A DNA stretch of 64,000 bases from a virus (taxonomy: Duplodnaviria; Heunggongvirae; Uroviricota; Caudoviricetes): the IMG/VR virus record IMGVR_UViG_3300042340_000144; one strand, 5' to 3'. The translations under genes and the position numbers were made by a program. Below are positions 50,387 through 59,409 of the stretch, in pieces. The notes beneath the pieces are model-generated. The model was not told the DNA's origin, made no database searches, and worked only from the letters and a program-made list of their open reading frames with translations. Each line of letters starts with the position of its first letter. Position 1 is the first letter of the stretch.

Positions 50387-50938
50387 TTAAACATTTTTCA
50401 AACAATTAGTAATTTGATTCTTTGAATCTAATACTATTAAATCTAAATAATTAATATATTTAAACAACATAACAAATGATGAATATCCTCTTAATTTCCA
50501 ACTTCCTAACTCATAATATATCATGTCATCTTTTACAATTTCATCTAATGATAAATTAAAAGTTATAAGTAATTCTTTTAAAATCACATCTTTTATAAAA
50601 ATCTTATCAGGCAAATTATAATTAATAAGAGTATAGTAAAATTTAGGATAAGCTACAACTCTATTAATAATTTCTAAGAATATTAAAGATAATTCTTCTT
50701 TTGTTTTAGTTTTATTTATTATATTTTTATAAGTAGTGCATAGAGAATTAAATAAATAAAATTCTTTTATACTAACTTGTAAATTTAATCTAGTATTATT
50801 TAATCCCAACAAAGTAATAGTATCAGTAGCATTTATACCATAAAATGTTTTTATAGTTTGTTTATGAGAAAAGGTGAGATTATCTGGATAAACACCTCCT
50901 AATAACCTTAAAGAATTTTGTTGAAATACTCTAGACAT
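50387..50938 (-). CDS. hypothetical protein (MoxR operon)
   Basis: 183-aa ORF. Confidence 0.35.
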   Translation of the reverse strand: MSRVFQQNSLRLLGGVYPDNLTFSHKQTIKTFYGINATDTITLLGLNNTRLNLQVSIKEFYLFNSLCTTYKNIINKTKTKEELSLIFLEIINRVVAYPKFYYTLINYNLPDKIFIKDVILKELLITFNLSLDEIVKDDMIYYELGSWKLRGYSSFVMLFKYINYLDLIVLDSKNQITNCLKNV

Positions 50939-51477
50939 TAAATAATAATTGCATTAGTTCTACTACTAATATGTGTTGGAATCCTTACAATATTCTCAGT
51001 CATAATATCTAGTCCTTCCATAATATCAACTATCTTTCTAGTATTAAGATTATCTTCAGTCCACAAATGAGTACCACTATCACTTATATTTGTAATACTT
51101 TCTGGAACCATTGGAAAGTAATAACATTCAACAATGTTATTACCTTTTACTCTTGTACTTAATTGATAAGATTTAGTGGTATAACTAAGTTCTAAAGTAT
51201 ATTCTGCATTTTTAAAAATTAGATTATTAAATCTATTATCTACAAATGTAATATTTTCTATATTATTTAAATCAACTTTATTTAGATCTTCATTTGTTTG
51301 AAGATCAATATATAGAGAAACTCTTTTCTTATTAGCTTTATTAGTATTGTTAGAGGGTAAATCATAATGAATTAAATCCTTCCCTACAAACCTATTAATT
51401 GCAAAATGCAAAATTAAATTATTACTACTAAGTTGTTTCCAACTAGTAAAAACCCCGCACACATAATTGATTGACAT
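50938..51477 (-). CDS. hypothetical protein (first gene of MoxR operon)
   Basis: 179-aa ORF; ATGA-type overlap with next gene. Confidence 0.35.
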   Translation of the reverse strand: MSINYVCGVFTSWKQLSSNNLILHFAINRFVGKDLIHYDLPSNNTNKANKKRVSLYIDLQTNEDLNKVDLNNIENITFVDNRFNNLIFKNAEYTLELSYTTKSYQLSTRVKGNNIVECYYFPMVPESITNISDSGTHLWTEDNLNTRKIVDIMEGLDIMTENIVRIPTHISSRTNAIII

Positions 51478-51557
51478 CTTAGCCTTTTTTTATACATAAT
51501 ATTTATTAAAATTAAATGTTTACAAACTTAATATTACATAATATAAAGAATATTTTT

Positions 51558-51612
51558 TAATAAATATTTAGTATGTAATTAAAAAATATTCTTACATACT
51601 AAATATTTATTA
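51558..51612. promoter_or_regulatory. 21-bp perfect inverted repeat (13-nt loop) overlapping stop of 51610..51873
   Basis: ttaaatatttagtatgtaa-13nt-ttacatactaaatatttaa read directly; terminator and/or operator upstream of MoxR operon. Confidence 0.5.
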
Positions 51613-51873
51613 TAAATCTTCATTTATTATATTAATTCTTTTAGGAAACCAAGTATCAAAATGATGAAATTCATTATGAATAAAGGACCAATCATCTGTA
51701 GAACTAATATCAATATTAATATTAATATTAGTACTCAAAACTTCTAATAATTTATTTGATAAATTAAATATATAATTATCTTGGTTAATATAATTTATTA
51801 AATAAAATGTTATTGTATTAGCATTTATATTTTTAACATATAAATTATTTTTATTCTTAGTTTTTTTAGACAT
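51610..51873 (-). CDS. hypothetical protein
   Basis: 87-aa ORF. Confidence 0.3.
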   Translation of the reverse strand: MSKKTKNKNNLYVKNINANTITFYLINYINQDNYIFNLSNKLLEVLSTNININIDISSTDDWSFIHNEFHHFDTWFPKRINIINEDL

Positions 51874-52141
51874 TAATAAACCCCTTATTATATACTTCTT
51901 TTTCTAGAGAACTAAACAAATTAATAACTTCCCCAGAAATTATTACAAATTGATCATTAGTAAAATTATCATCTAAATACCCATCATCATATTTTATAGA
52001 TAATGATGATGGGTTAATATTTAGCACAATTGCAAATTTAATAATAGGATTATATCTTAATGAATTATCTAAAGCTAATTCAGCTATAGCTAATCTATTA
52101 TTTAAATTAACCCTTTTCCCTAAACGATCTACTATAATCAT
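51866..52141 (-). CDS. hypothetical protein
   Basis: 91-aa ORF. Confidence 0.3.
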   Translation of the reverse strand: MIIVDRLGKRVNLNNRLAIAELALDNSLRYNPIIKFAIVLNINPSSLSIKYDDGYLDDNFTNDQFVIISGEVINLFSSLEKEVYNKGFINV

Positions 52142-52445
52142 TTAACAATTCTTCCTTAATATTAAAATACTTAATAATCTTATCTTTAACATTATTAATA
52201 GTATTAACACCATTAATCATGCCAGATAAATGTCTGGGTTTAATTCCTAAATCATTTGCTACATCCTGTTGTTTTTTACCAGTCATCTTGGTTAAAACAC
52301 CCAATGTATAAGCACCACTTACTACTCTCCAATGAGTAATAAAAGACTCTGCAATAGCTTTATCTTCAACACTTAATCTATCATTATTATAATCAAATCT
52401 CAAAGCCTTATATTGGTCCAAATTCTTAGGATATGTAATAGTCAT
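52107..52445 (-). CDS. HTH (XRE-like) DNA-binding regulator
   Basis: 112 aa; HTH block LGVLTKMTGKKQQDVANDLGIKPRHLSGMINGVN. Confidence 0.5.
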   Translation of the reverse strand: MTITYPKNLDQYKALRFDYNNDRLSVEDKAIAESFITHWRVVSGAYTLGVLTKMTGKKQQDVANDLGIKPRHLSGMINGVNTINNVKDKIIKYFNIKEELLNDYSRSFREKG

Positions 52446-52522
52446 TATTTTTAACTCTTTTAACTTTATTTGTAAAACATGTATATGTATTAATATGCAA
52501 ACTTAAAGTAATAAATATAAAC

Positions 52523-52906
52523 TTAATTCCAATCATCCCATTTAGCTAAAACAAGTTGTAATACATTGATTAAATTATTAGTATGTTCTCTATGATAAAT
52601 TAGTGGTGTTTTATTTACATCATCAATCAATCTAAGTAAATTGTTAAAGTCTATCAAAGTAAGTGATTTTATACATTGATTAACAGAAATAATACTTCCT
52701 AGTTTTAACCATTTTGATGGATATAAATCAAAATAATCTTCTAAACTCTTATCAATATAAATGTCAAAACAGTTTTTATAAGACCTCATAATACAACGTA
52801 ATTCATCATCTAAGGTGCAATTTTTATTACCTGATAAGATAAATTGAACTGTAAACTTCTTAAACTTTTTAATATAAATTGGTTGTATATTATTAGTTCC
52901 AATCAT
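52523..52906 (-). CDS. KPIYIY...LQLVIAKWDDWN family protein, copy 1 of 9
   Basis: 127 aa; N-terminal IQPIYIKK, central LIDFNNLLRLIDD, C-terminal VLQLVLAKWDDWN; its ATG lies inside the WDDWN codons of copy 2. Confidence 0.55.
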   Translation of the reverse strand: MIGTNNIQPIYIKKFKKFTVQFILSGNKNCTLDDELRCIMRSYKNCFDIYIDKSLEDYFDLYPSKWLKLGSIISVNQCIKSLTLIDFNNLLRLIDDVNKTPLIYHREHTNNLINVLQLVLAKWDDWN

Positions 52907-53315
52907 CCCATTTAGAAATTACAAGTTGTAATACACTAATTAAATCCTTAAAGTATTTTGCATTTTTATAGTGCTCTGAATACTCTGGTGCTTTATTTAT
53001 TTCATCAGATATATTAATTAAAGAATTAAAATCTATTAAACTAAAACCATTTGAATTTAAGTATTCATTAACAGAAATTATCTTTCCTAAGTCTAACCAC
53101 TTTTCAGGATACTCAGGATATAAATTAAAATAATCTTTTATAGTAATACTAATATAAATAATAAAATTACTTTTAAAAGAATACATAATTCCATATACTT
53201 TATCTTGAGAACTATAATTCTTATCATTTGATAATATAAAATAATTAGTTAACCCCTTCTTAAAAATCTTTCTTTTAAGTGTATTAATATAAATTGGTTT
53301 CATAGTTAATTCCAA
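52893..53315 (-). CDS. family copy 2 of 9
   Basis: ends VLQLVISKWDDWN. The track start is a UUG; the likely true ATG is 53301-53303 (MKPIYIN), 2 nt after copy 3 stop (UAA-CU-AUG). Confidence 0.55.
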   Translation of the reverse strand: MELTMKPIYINTLKRKIFKKGLTNYFILSNDKNYSSQDKVYGIMYSFKSNFIIYISITIKDYFNLYPEYPEKWLDLGKIISVNEYLNSNGFSLIDFNSLINISDEINKAPEYSEHYKNAKYFKDLISVLQLVISKWDDWN

Positions 53316-53659
53316 TCATCCCATTTAGCAATTATTAATTGAATAATATCTAATACACCTATATTATCTTTTAATAATGGATTATTATAAAGATTAATTA
53401 CCTCATCAAAAGTTAAAAGCTTATAATTTTTAATATCAATAGGAGCATTAATATGATTAATACATAAATTACTATATTTATCTATAATTTGTTTATTAAG
53501 TATTATGGATAAATAACTATATTTGGGAGTACTTATAAAATTATTATAGGAATATTTAGTTGCGTTTTTATATCTATCTGGAGGTTTAAATCTAAAATAA
53601 TAAATATATCTATTAGTATAAATTTGTATTGGTCTTTGTTTAATCATACTTAATTCCAA
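53306..53659 (-). CDS. family copy 3 of 9
   Basis: 117 aa; RPIQIYT; LTFDEVINLY; IIQLIIAKWDDWN. Confidence 0.55.
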   Translation of the reverse strand: MELSMIKQRPIQIYTNRYIYYFRFKPPDRYKNATKYSYNNFISTPKYSYLSIILNKQIIDKYSNLCINHINAPIDIKNYKLLTFDEVINLYNNPLLKDNIGVLDIIQLIIAKWDDWN

Positions 53660-54087
53660 TCATCCCATTTAGTAATAATTAATTGTAACAAATCTAAAAA
53701 TGTAGTAAGAGCTTTATTTCCATCTTTAAATGTAAATACAGGTTTAGTAAATAAAAAACTATAATTATATTTAGTAAAGTGGTTATATTCATTATATAAA
53801 TCTAATACATCATTAAAAGATAATAATTTATATTTACCTTCTGGTAATGCCCTCCAATATTGATGATGTATTTGTTCTATTTCTAATTCTTTAATAAATA
53901 TATCTATATTTATAATTGTCTTATTATAATAGTTAGGGTTTCTAGGATCAGTATATTGCTGTGCATACTGTATAAAAACAATAGGAGCAAATAGCTTGTT
54001 ATATTTCTTATTACATTGTTTAATGTAAATAATTTTAGAGTTAGCTTCAGTATCAATAGTTGAATAAATTTTATATATAAGATTCAT
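53650..54087 (-). CDS. family copy 4 of 9
   Basis: 145 aa; LSFNDVLDLY; LLQLIITKWDDWN. Confidence 0.55.
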   Translation of the reverse strand: MNLIYKIYSTIDTEANSKIIYIKQCNKKYNKLFAPIVFIQYAQQYTDPRNPNYYNKTIINIDIFIKELEIEQIHHQYWRALPEGKYKLLSFNDVLDLYNEYNHFTKYNYSFLFTKPVFTFKDGNKALTTFLDLLQLIITKWDDWN

Positions 54088-54099
54088 ATTAAATTAGTT

Positions 54100-54453
54100 T
54101 CAATCACCCCATTTAGCTATTATTAGTTGCATAACACTGAGTAATTTAGGTCTTGCATCGCTTTCATTTCTCAACTTAACTTCAGCTAAATAGGTATATA
54201 AATCCAGTGCTTCTTTAAAAGTTATCTTTTCTTTATCTTTAATATTTATAGGACTAATATCTGCTGTTGCACATGGTAAATCATAATAATCTATAAACTC
54301 ATTATTTGCTATAAAACACCATTTTAAACACATAATATAATAATACTTATCATTAAACATAGACACTTCAACTTCTGGTTTAAATCTAAAATAAAAGTTT
54401 GTAGATGATTTATATATTTCTATTTGTCTGATCATTATATTAATTCCAATCAT
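54100..54453 (-). CDS. family copy 5 of 9 (C-terminus truncated by TGG>TGA)
   Basis: 117 aa; ITFKEALDLY; VMQLIIAKWGD*; the WN codons are replaced by a stop (gattgaaac vs gattggaat). Confidence 0.5.
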   Translation of the reverse strand: MIGINIMIRQIEIYKSSTNFYFRFKPEVEVSMFNDKYYYIMCLKWCFIANNEFIDYYDLPCATADISPINIKDKEKITFKEALDLYTYLAEVKLRNESDARPKLLSVMQLIIAKWGD

Positions 54454-54835
54454 TCCATTTAGCTATGATTAGTTGCATAATACTTATCAACTCTTCTTTG
54501 GTTATAGCAAAGCTAACTCTACTAAAATCTTCAATTTTTAACTTATAAAAATTATCCAGCATATTTATAACTTCATTAAAAGTTAAACTTTTATACAAAT
54601 TTATATTAGTTTTACTTCTTTGAAAGTTTGATACACGTTCCCATTTTACTAACACATCAGCTTGAAGAAAATAACTATTAGTTTCAATATTATGTACATT
54701 TACAGGAAATAGTTTTAAGTTATCTATTACTTCTTCTTTGTTGGTAATAGCTAAATAATAGATGGGTTTAACACTGGTTAAAGAGTCTCTTTTACATAAC
54801 TTATACTTAATTTCAAACATATTAATTAGTACCAT
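54440..54835 (-). CDS. family copy 6 of 9
   Basis: 131 aa; VKPIYYLAI; LTFNEVINML; IMQLIIAKWNDWN. Confidence 0.55.
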   Translation of the reverse strand: MVLINMFEIKYKLCKRDSLTSVKPIYYLAITNKEEVIDNLKLFPVNVHNIETNSYFLQADVLVKWERVSNFQRSKTNINLYKSLTFNEVINMLDNFYKLKIEDFSRVSFAITKEELISIMQLIIAKWNDWN

Positions 54836-55200
54836 TCATCCCATTTAGCAATGACAAGTTGTAGCAAACTAATTACATATATTTTACCTGTATACTTTTC
54901 ATTACTAACATCAACTATAAGATCTAATAACTCTTCAAATGTTATAAGTTTAAAGCAGTCTTTTATAATTTGACTATTATTTTCTCTACAGTTAAATAAC
55001 TCATAATCTACTAAATAATCTTTAGCAATACTAGAAGAAAAGTTAATTAAAAAGCCCCCTGAGTTAGAATTAAATATGGCACATTTATTAAGATCTTCTA
55101 AGTTATGTATTATGTAATACTCATCAGGAGTAAACATGTTAGTCTTTTTACTTATATAAATGTAAATAGGTTTTATATTAGACTTTATCATTAATACCAA
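54826..55200 (-). CDS. family copy 7 of 9
   Basis: 124 aa; IKPIYIYI; ITFEELLDLI; LLQLVIAKWDEWY. Confidence 0.55.
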   Translation of the reverse strand: MVLMIKSNIKPIYIYISKKTNMFTPDEYYIIHNLEDLNKCAIFNSNSGGFLINFSSSIAKDYLVDYELFNCRENNSQIIKDCFKLITFEELLDLIVDVSNEKYTGKIYVISLLQLVIAKWDEWY

Positions 55201-55568
55201 TCATCCCAATTTGCAATTACAAGTTGTAACAACTTAATTAAACTATCTTTATTATAATGAAAACTATCTTTTATATCTTTAATAAGTAATAACAATTCAT
55301 CAAATATTATTAGTCTTTTATCATCTAAATACATATCTGGCAGGGTAAAAGGCTTTGTCCAAAATAATATATTGTAATTATTAAACACACTTTCACTAAT
55401 AAAAATACCAAATTTATCATTACTTAAAACTTGAAACTTATAATCATTTGCTTTGGGATTATTAAAAGTATTTGTACTTAGAATTATAAAATAATTTTGA
55501 TTAGAATTAGTATTATATAAAATTTTACTAGGCTCTTTAATGTAAATATATATAGGTTTTATAGTCAT
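55191..55568 (-). CDS. family copy 8 of 9
   Basis: 125 aa; TIKPIYIYI; IIFDELLLLI; LLQLVIANWDDWY. Confidence 0.55.
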   Translation of the reverse strand: MTIKPIYIYIKEPSKILYNTNSNQNYFIILSTNTFNNPKANDYKFQVLSNDKFGIFISESVFNNYNILFWTKPFTLPDMYLDDKRLIIFDELLLLIKDIKDSFHYNKDSLIKLLQLVIANWDDWY

Positions 55569-55981
55569 TGATACCAGTCTTCCCAGTTTGCTATTATTAA
55601 TTGTAACAAACTAACTACCTCTGATAAATCCCAAGACTTATCAGGACTTTTTCCAACATAATCTAATAACTCTAATAATTCACTAAAATCTATTAAATAA
55701 AAATAATTTGAATTTAGATAACATTTATTATCTCTCTTAACCATTCCTTTTAATTCCCACCAAGAACTAGTTAATTTAAAATCAAAATCATCATGTATTT
55801 TTTTATTTATAAATAATATAGCATTTAAAGAATCAATTCTATAAAAACAATGTACTTTGTCTTCAGGATTAACTATCTTACTATCTAGTATAAAATATTT
55901 ATATCTTAAAGTATCATGAGAGGTAGATTTGTTTACATAATAATCAAACTTATAAATGTATATAGGTTGTATAGTACTCAT
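55565..55981 (-). CDS. family copy 9 of 9
   Basis: 138 aa; IQPIYIY; IDFSELLELL; LLQLIIANWEDWYQ; ATGA overlap with upstream GIY-YIG gene. Confidence 0.55.
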   Translation of the reverse strand: MSTIQPIYIYKFDYYVNKSTSHDTLRYKYFILDSKIVNPEDKVHCFYRIDSLNAILFINKKIHDDFDFKLTSSWWELKGMVKRDNKCYLNSNYFYLIDFSELLELLDYVGKSPDKSWDLSEVVSLLQLIIANWEDWYQ

Positions 55982-56379
55982 TTAATCTTCAAATTAACTC
56001 CTTTTTTAGCTATGGCTCTTTTAGTATTGTAACTATTACCTTTATGTACTGCATCTATTTCTAACTGTTCTAGTATCAATAACTGCTCTTTGGTAATGTT
56101 TTTATCTGCCACTACAAGTACATTAAATGTAAAATTAACAATGCCAAATTTATTAAAATCTTCTTGTAATCCTTTATTACGGTGTTTATTAAACATTAAA
56201 CTAGTAATATGATTATTCCATCTAATAGTTAAATTAATAGAACTGCCAATATACTTTTTATTATTACAAATACAAGTAATACAGTAAATACCAACTAACT
56301 TTAGTTTTCTATAAGAATAAGGTTTACTTTTAGCTGTAGTATTATTAGAGCTTTTTTTAGTTTTAGTAGTTGTTGTCAT
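55978..56379 (-). CDS. GIY-YIG endonuclease (small, homing-endonuclease-like)
   Basis: 133 aa; GIY-YIG module VGIYCITCICNNKKYIGSSINLTIRWNNH; basic N-terminus. Confidence 0.65.
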   Translation of the reverse strand: MTTTTKTKKSSNNTTAKSKPYSYRKLKLVGIYCITCICNNKKYIGSSINLTIRWNNHITSLMFNKHRNKGLQEDFNKFGIVNFTFNVLVVADKNITKEQLLILEQLEIDAVHKGNSYNTKRAIAKKGVNLKIK

Positions 56380-56432
56380 AATCTATTCAGTTTTTATATT
56401 AATGAATAGATTATAACATAATAAATGTTTTA

Positions 56433-56711
56433 TTAATCTGGTTTATATACAACACAATACCAAGCTCTAGCTTCATCAGGCACAGGAATCAAATAGTATT
56501 TTGAATATCCTTTTTTAGTAGCTCTATCATAACAAATACTTTTTGCATTAGTTTCTCTATTAGTACGGATAATATCACCTAGAATAGATACACCTTGAGC
56601 AATTTTAATATTGTCTGATTTGTAATTAGTTGGTAAAGTTAATGATGTTGCTGCAATAACAGAACCTTGAAATGAAGAAATTAATGCAATAGTACTAATA
56701 AATAATTTCAT
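56433..56711 (-). CDS. secreted small protein (signal peptide)
   Basis: 92 aa; N-terminal MKLFISTIALISSFQGSVIAA signal-like; two Cys. Confidence 0.4.
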   Translation of the reverse strand: MKLFISTIALISSFQGSVIAATSLTLPTNYKSDNIKIAQGVSILGDIIRTNRETNAKSICYDRATKKGYSKYYLIPVPDEARAWYCVVYKPD

Positions 56712-56809
56712 AATTGTATTTTTGTATTTGTTAAAAGATTTTGTATTATTTATATTTAAGTTTATTTTATATATTTTAATAGAAAATACAACTTAAATAT
56801 AAAATGTAA

Positions 56810-57343
56810 TTAAACTACACTTTTACTTACAACTGCAAGTAACTTATTATCATATTGATTAATATAAGTAAGTTTAAAGTAAGACATAATATCTTTAATA
56901 TTAGTAAGTTTATTAGTACTAATAATGTTTAACATTTGTTCTTTTGTTAATTGTTGAGGTAACAATCCTTCTAGGTACTCTAGCTCTTTTACAAGTGATT
57001 CTAAATTAGTGTTAGTAGGATTTAAACTAAGTATTTGTTCTAATGTTAATTGATCATATGTAATACTTAACCCTGGAACTAAAGTAGTACCAATATCTTT
57101 TTTATCACTCTTACTAATAACTGTAATTGCTGCTTTTTTAGTTACATTAAATCTCTTTTTAACAACATCTAAATAATCATTATTAGATAGCTGTAATACA
57201 TCTAATTGTTTCTCTTTAGAAAGAGCTTTTAAACTCTGTAAAAGACCTTGTTTAAACTCTAATTGATTATCAGAATCTTTATTAAGTCTAGCTTGTTTAA
57301 TCTGCTCTAGCAGTTGTTGAATGTTTATATTATTTGTTGTCAT
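56810..57343 (-). CDS. hypothetical protein
   Basis: 177-aa ORF. Confidence 0.35.
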   Translation of the reverse strand: MTTNNINIQQLLEQIKQARLNKDSDNQLEFKQGLLQSLKALSKEKQLDVLQLSNNDYLDVVKKRFNVTKKAAITVISKSDKKDIGTTLVPGLSITYDQLTLEQILSLNPTNTNLESLVKELEYLEGLLPQQLTKEQMLNIISTNKLTNIKDIMSYFKLTYINQYDNKLLAVVSKSVV

Positions 57344-57448
57344 ATTATTTAATCAACTTCTTTATCTAATTTAATATTTAGTAGTTGTTGTTTTGATTAG
57401 AACTAAAACAACAAATTAAAAGCATTTATATTTGTTATATCTTTACTT

Positions 57449-57709
57449 TTAAGTTGTTGCATTATTCTTTTTATCCCAATTATTTTTGCTTTGTATATTA
57501 CCAATGTTTTCTAGAAACTCTTCAGGTGAAAAAGTCTCAGATGATTCTTTTCTTTCATATTTTATAGTTTGCAAAGCAGCAAATTCTACAGCCCACATTT
57601 CATCATTAGAGCAGTAAGTATTTATATCTTCTGAGGGTATAAAAACACCACAAATGATTAAATACTTACCTGATCTTCTAATAAGGGCTTTACCCTTAAA
57701 CAATTCCAT
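57449..57709 (-). CDS. hypothetical protein
   Basis: 86-aa ORF, 2-nt spacing to SPFH gene. Confidence 0.3.
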   Translation of the reverse strand: MELFKGKALIRRSGKYLIICGVFIPSEDINTYCSNDEMWAVEFAALQTIKYERKESSETFSPEEFLENIGNIQSKNNWDKKNNATT

Positions 57710-57711
57710 TA

Positions 57712-58494
57712 TTACTTGCTAGTATTAACAATAACAGGTGTTGATCCAGTAGAACTACCAACTGTAAACACAGAACTACTACCATTCCATTTCTTAATAG
57801 CAGCATCTTGGAGCAATACAGGTGTTAATGATTGACTAATAATAGTATTATTCTTAGCAATTGTATTAGCAGTTTCTAAATCAATCTTAGCTTGTTCTTG
57901 TCTTTGAATAGCAATAGCCTTCAATTCAATTGCTTGTTGTACTTCAGGATCTAATACAAGACCAGTTACTACAAAGTTTTGTAGAATTACAACAGATTGA
58001 GCTTTTAAACTATTATTAATACCTTGTTCAATTTCATCTGCAATTGCAGCTTGATTAGCAATAATATGACTAATAGGATACTTAGCAATAACTTGTTTAA
58101 CTACTGCTAATAAAGTAGGTTGTAATGCTACATTCTTAATAGTTTCACTGTCTTTATCTTTATCACCAGTAAGAATAACAAGTCTTGCAGTTTGAGCAGC
58201 ATGTACTCCATTAATGTTGTAGTTAGCAGTAGCTGTAATTGTAACTTGTTGACCATCAGATGTTAGAGATGTAAACTGTTCTGGCACTGATTTAGTACTA
58301 ACATCCAACTGTTTAGTGGATGTAATAAATGGTGTGACTAAATTTAACCCAGGAGTAAGAATTTGTTGTTGTGCTTCACCAAATCTATATACAGCATGTA
58401 CTGTTCCTTCTTGTACTGGCACAATAGAACCAAAAGTTATTGATGTAATAACAGCAATTGCAGTAATACCACTAATAAGTTGAATAAGATTCAT
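57712..58494 (-). CDS. SPFH / band-7 (prohibitin/HflKC-like) membrane protein
   Basis: 260 aa; N-terminal TM ISGITAIAVITSITF followed by the SPFH start VPVQEGTVHAVYRFGE...TPGLNLVTPFI. Confidence 0.6.
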   Translation of the reverse strand: MNLIQLISGITAIAVITSITFGSIVPVQEGTVHAVYRFGEAQQQILTPGLNLVTPFITSTKQLDVSTKSVPEQFTSLTSDGQQVTITATANYNINGVHAAQTARLVILTGDKDKDSETIKNVALQPTLLAVVKQVIAKYPISHIIANQAAIADEIEQGINNSLKAQSVVILQNFVVTGLVLDPEVQQAIELKAIAIQRQEQAKIDLETANTIAKNNTIISQSLTPVLLQDAAIKKWNGSSSVFTVGSSTGSTPVIVNTSK

Positions 58495-58538
58495 AATTTT
58501 AATTTCCTTTTTTTTGTTTTAATTTGTTGTTTACTTAT

Positions 58539-59066
58539 TTAATCTTCAAATATATTGTTGTTTTCAACCAACATAACTAAATAACTATAGCTGTTATTAT
58601 ATTGTCTTTGTTTATAAGAATACTTATCTAACAAAGCTTGTTTATTAGTAATGCTATTCTTTGTAATAACTTCCTTTAAACATGTAATAGTATCTTCAAA
58701 GATCCTTTTACTATGTTGAGAAGCGCCTTCTAACTTGGCCCTTGGAAAGGCTACTCTACATATATCTAGCATATAACTAATCTTTGCTTCACAGTCTAAC
58801 TTAGATAGTTTGTCATTGTTATATGCAAAAGGAATAATAGTGTTACTAAAATCAATTACATCTTGCTTTTGTTGTAACAAGTTAGTAGTTGTTCTTGCCA
58901 TTGCCACATGTAACTTATTAGCTAATTGTTCATCTATAGTTATAAATGAAGCAGTTACAAGTTCTAATACATAATCAACTTGTGTGGCTCTATCTAATAA
59001 AAGACTAATAATTTCATTTGCAAGTTGTTTGTCTTTTATCATTGATATAGCATTAACTTTAGTCAT
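58539..59066 (-). CDS. hypothetical protein
   Basis: 175-aa ORF. Confidence 0.35.
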   Translation of the reverse strand: MTKVNAISMIKDKQLANEIISLLLDRATQVDYVLELVTASFITIDEQLANKLHVAMARTTTNLLQQKQDVIDFSNTIIPFAYNNDKLSKLDCEAKISYMLDICRVAFPRAKLEGASQHSKRIFEDTITCLKEVITKNSITNKQALLDKYSYKQRQYNNSYSYLVMLVENNNIFED

Positions 59067-59073
59067 GTTTAAT

Positions 59074-59382
59074 TTAAATCTTTATTTGACTTGGAACAGT
59101 AATAAAGTTACCTGAACAGTAGTTAATAATAACTTCTTGTCCTTGTTTATTCTTAGTTATAACAGGCACTCTATACAAATGACCATTACCACAACCAAAG
59201 AATTCTTTATTTTTAGTACTTACAAAGTCTAAATTATAAGCTGTAATTTTGGTCTTAATCTCTTGTAGTTGATCATTTGTTAAGGGACTTGTTAACATTG
59301 TAAATATAGAATTAAATACAACATAAAACATAACAAACATTAAAAAGTAATAAGGCCAATCATTCTTAAAAGTCTTAAACAT
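59074..59382 (-). CDS. small membrane protein with beta-rich C-terminal domain (NfeD-like?)
   Basis: 102 aa; TM YYFLMFVMFYVVFNSIFTML then soluble beta-rich tail; the NfeD analogy rests on size and topology only. Confidence 0.3.
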   Translation of the reverse strand: MFKTFKNDWPYYFLMFVMFYVVFNSIFTMLTSPLTNDQLQEIKTKITAYNLDFVSTKNKEFFGCGNGHLYRVPVITKNKQGQEVIINYCSGNFITVPSQIKI

Positions 59383-59409
59383 ATTAATTATTACTCTTTT
59401 TTATTATTA

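Noticed and set aside
52893-53315. Track start codon for paralog copy 2 (MELTM...)
   Set aside because: The upstream M corresponds to a UUG. A canonical ATG (MKPIYIN, 53301-53303) lies 2 nt after the preceding stop and matches the family N-terminus.
52523-55981. CRISPR array or non-coding tandem repeat for the nine-unit periodic region
   Set aside because: Units are about 360-440 bp and not 25-50 bp. Each is a full ORF with start and stop, and the conserved segments are coding (KWDDWN).
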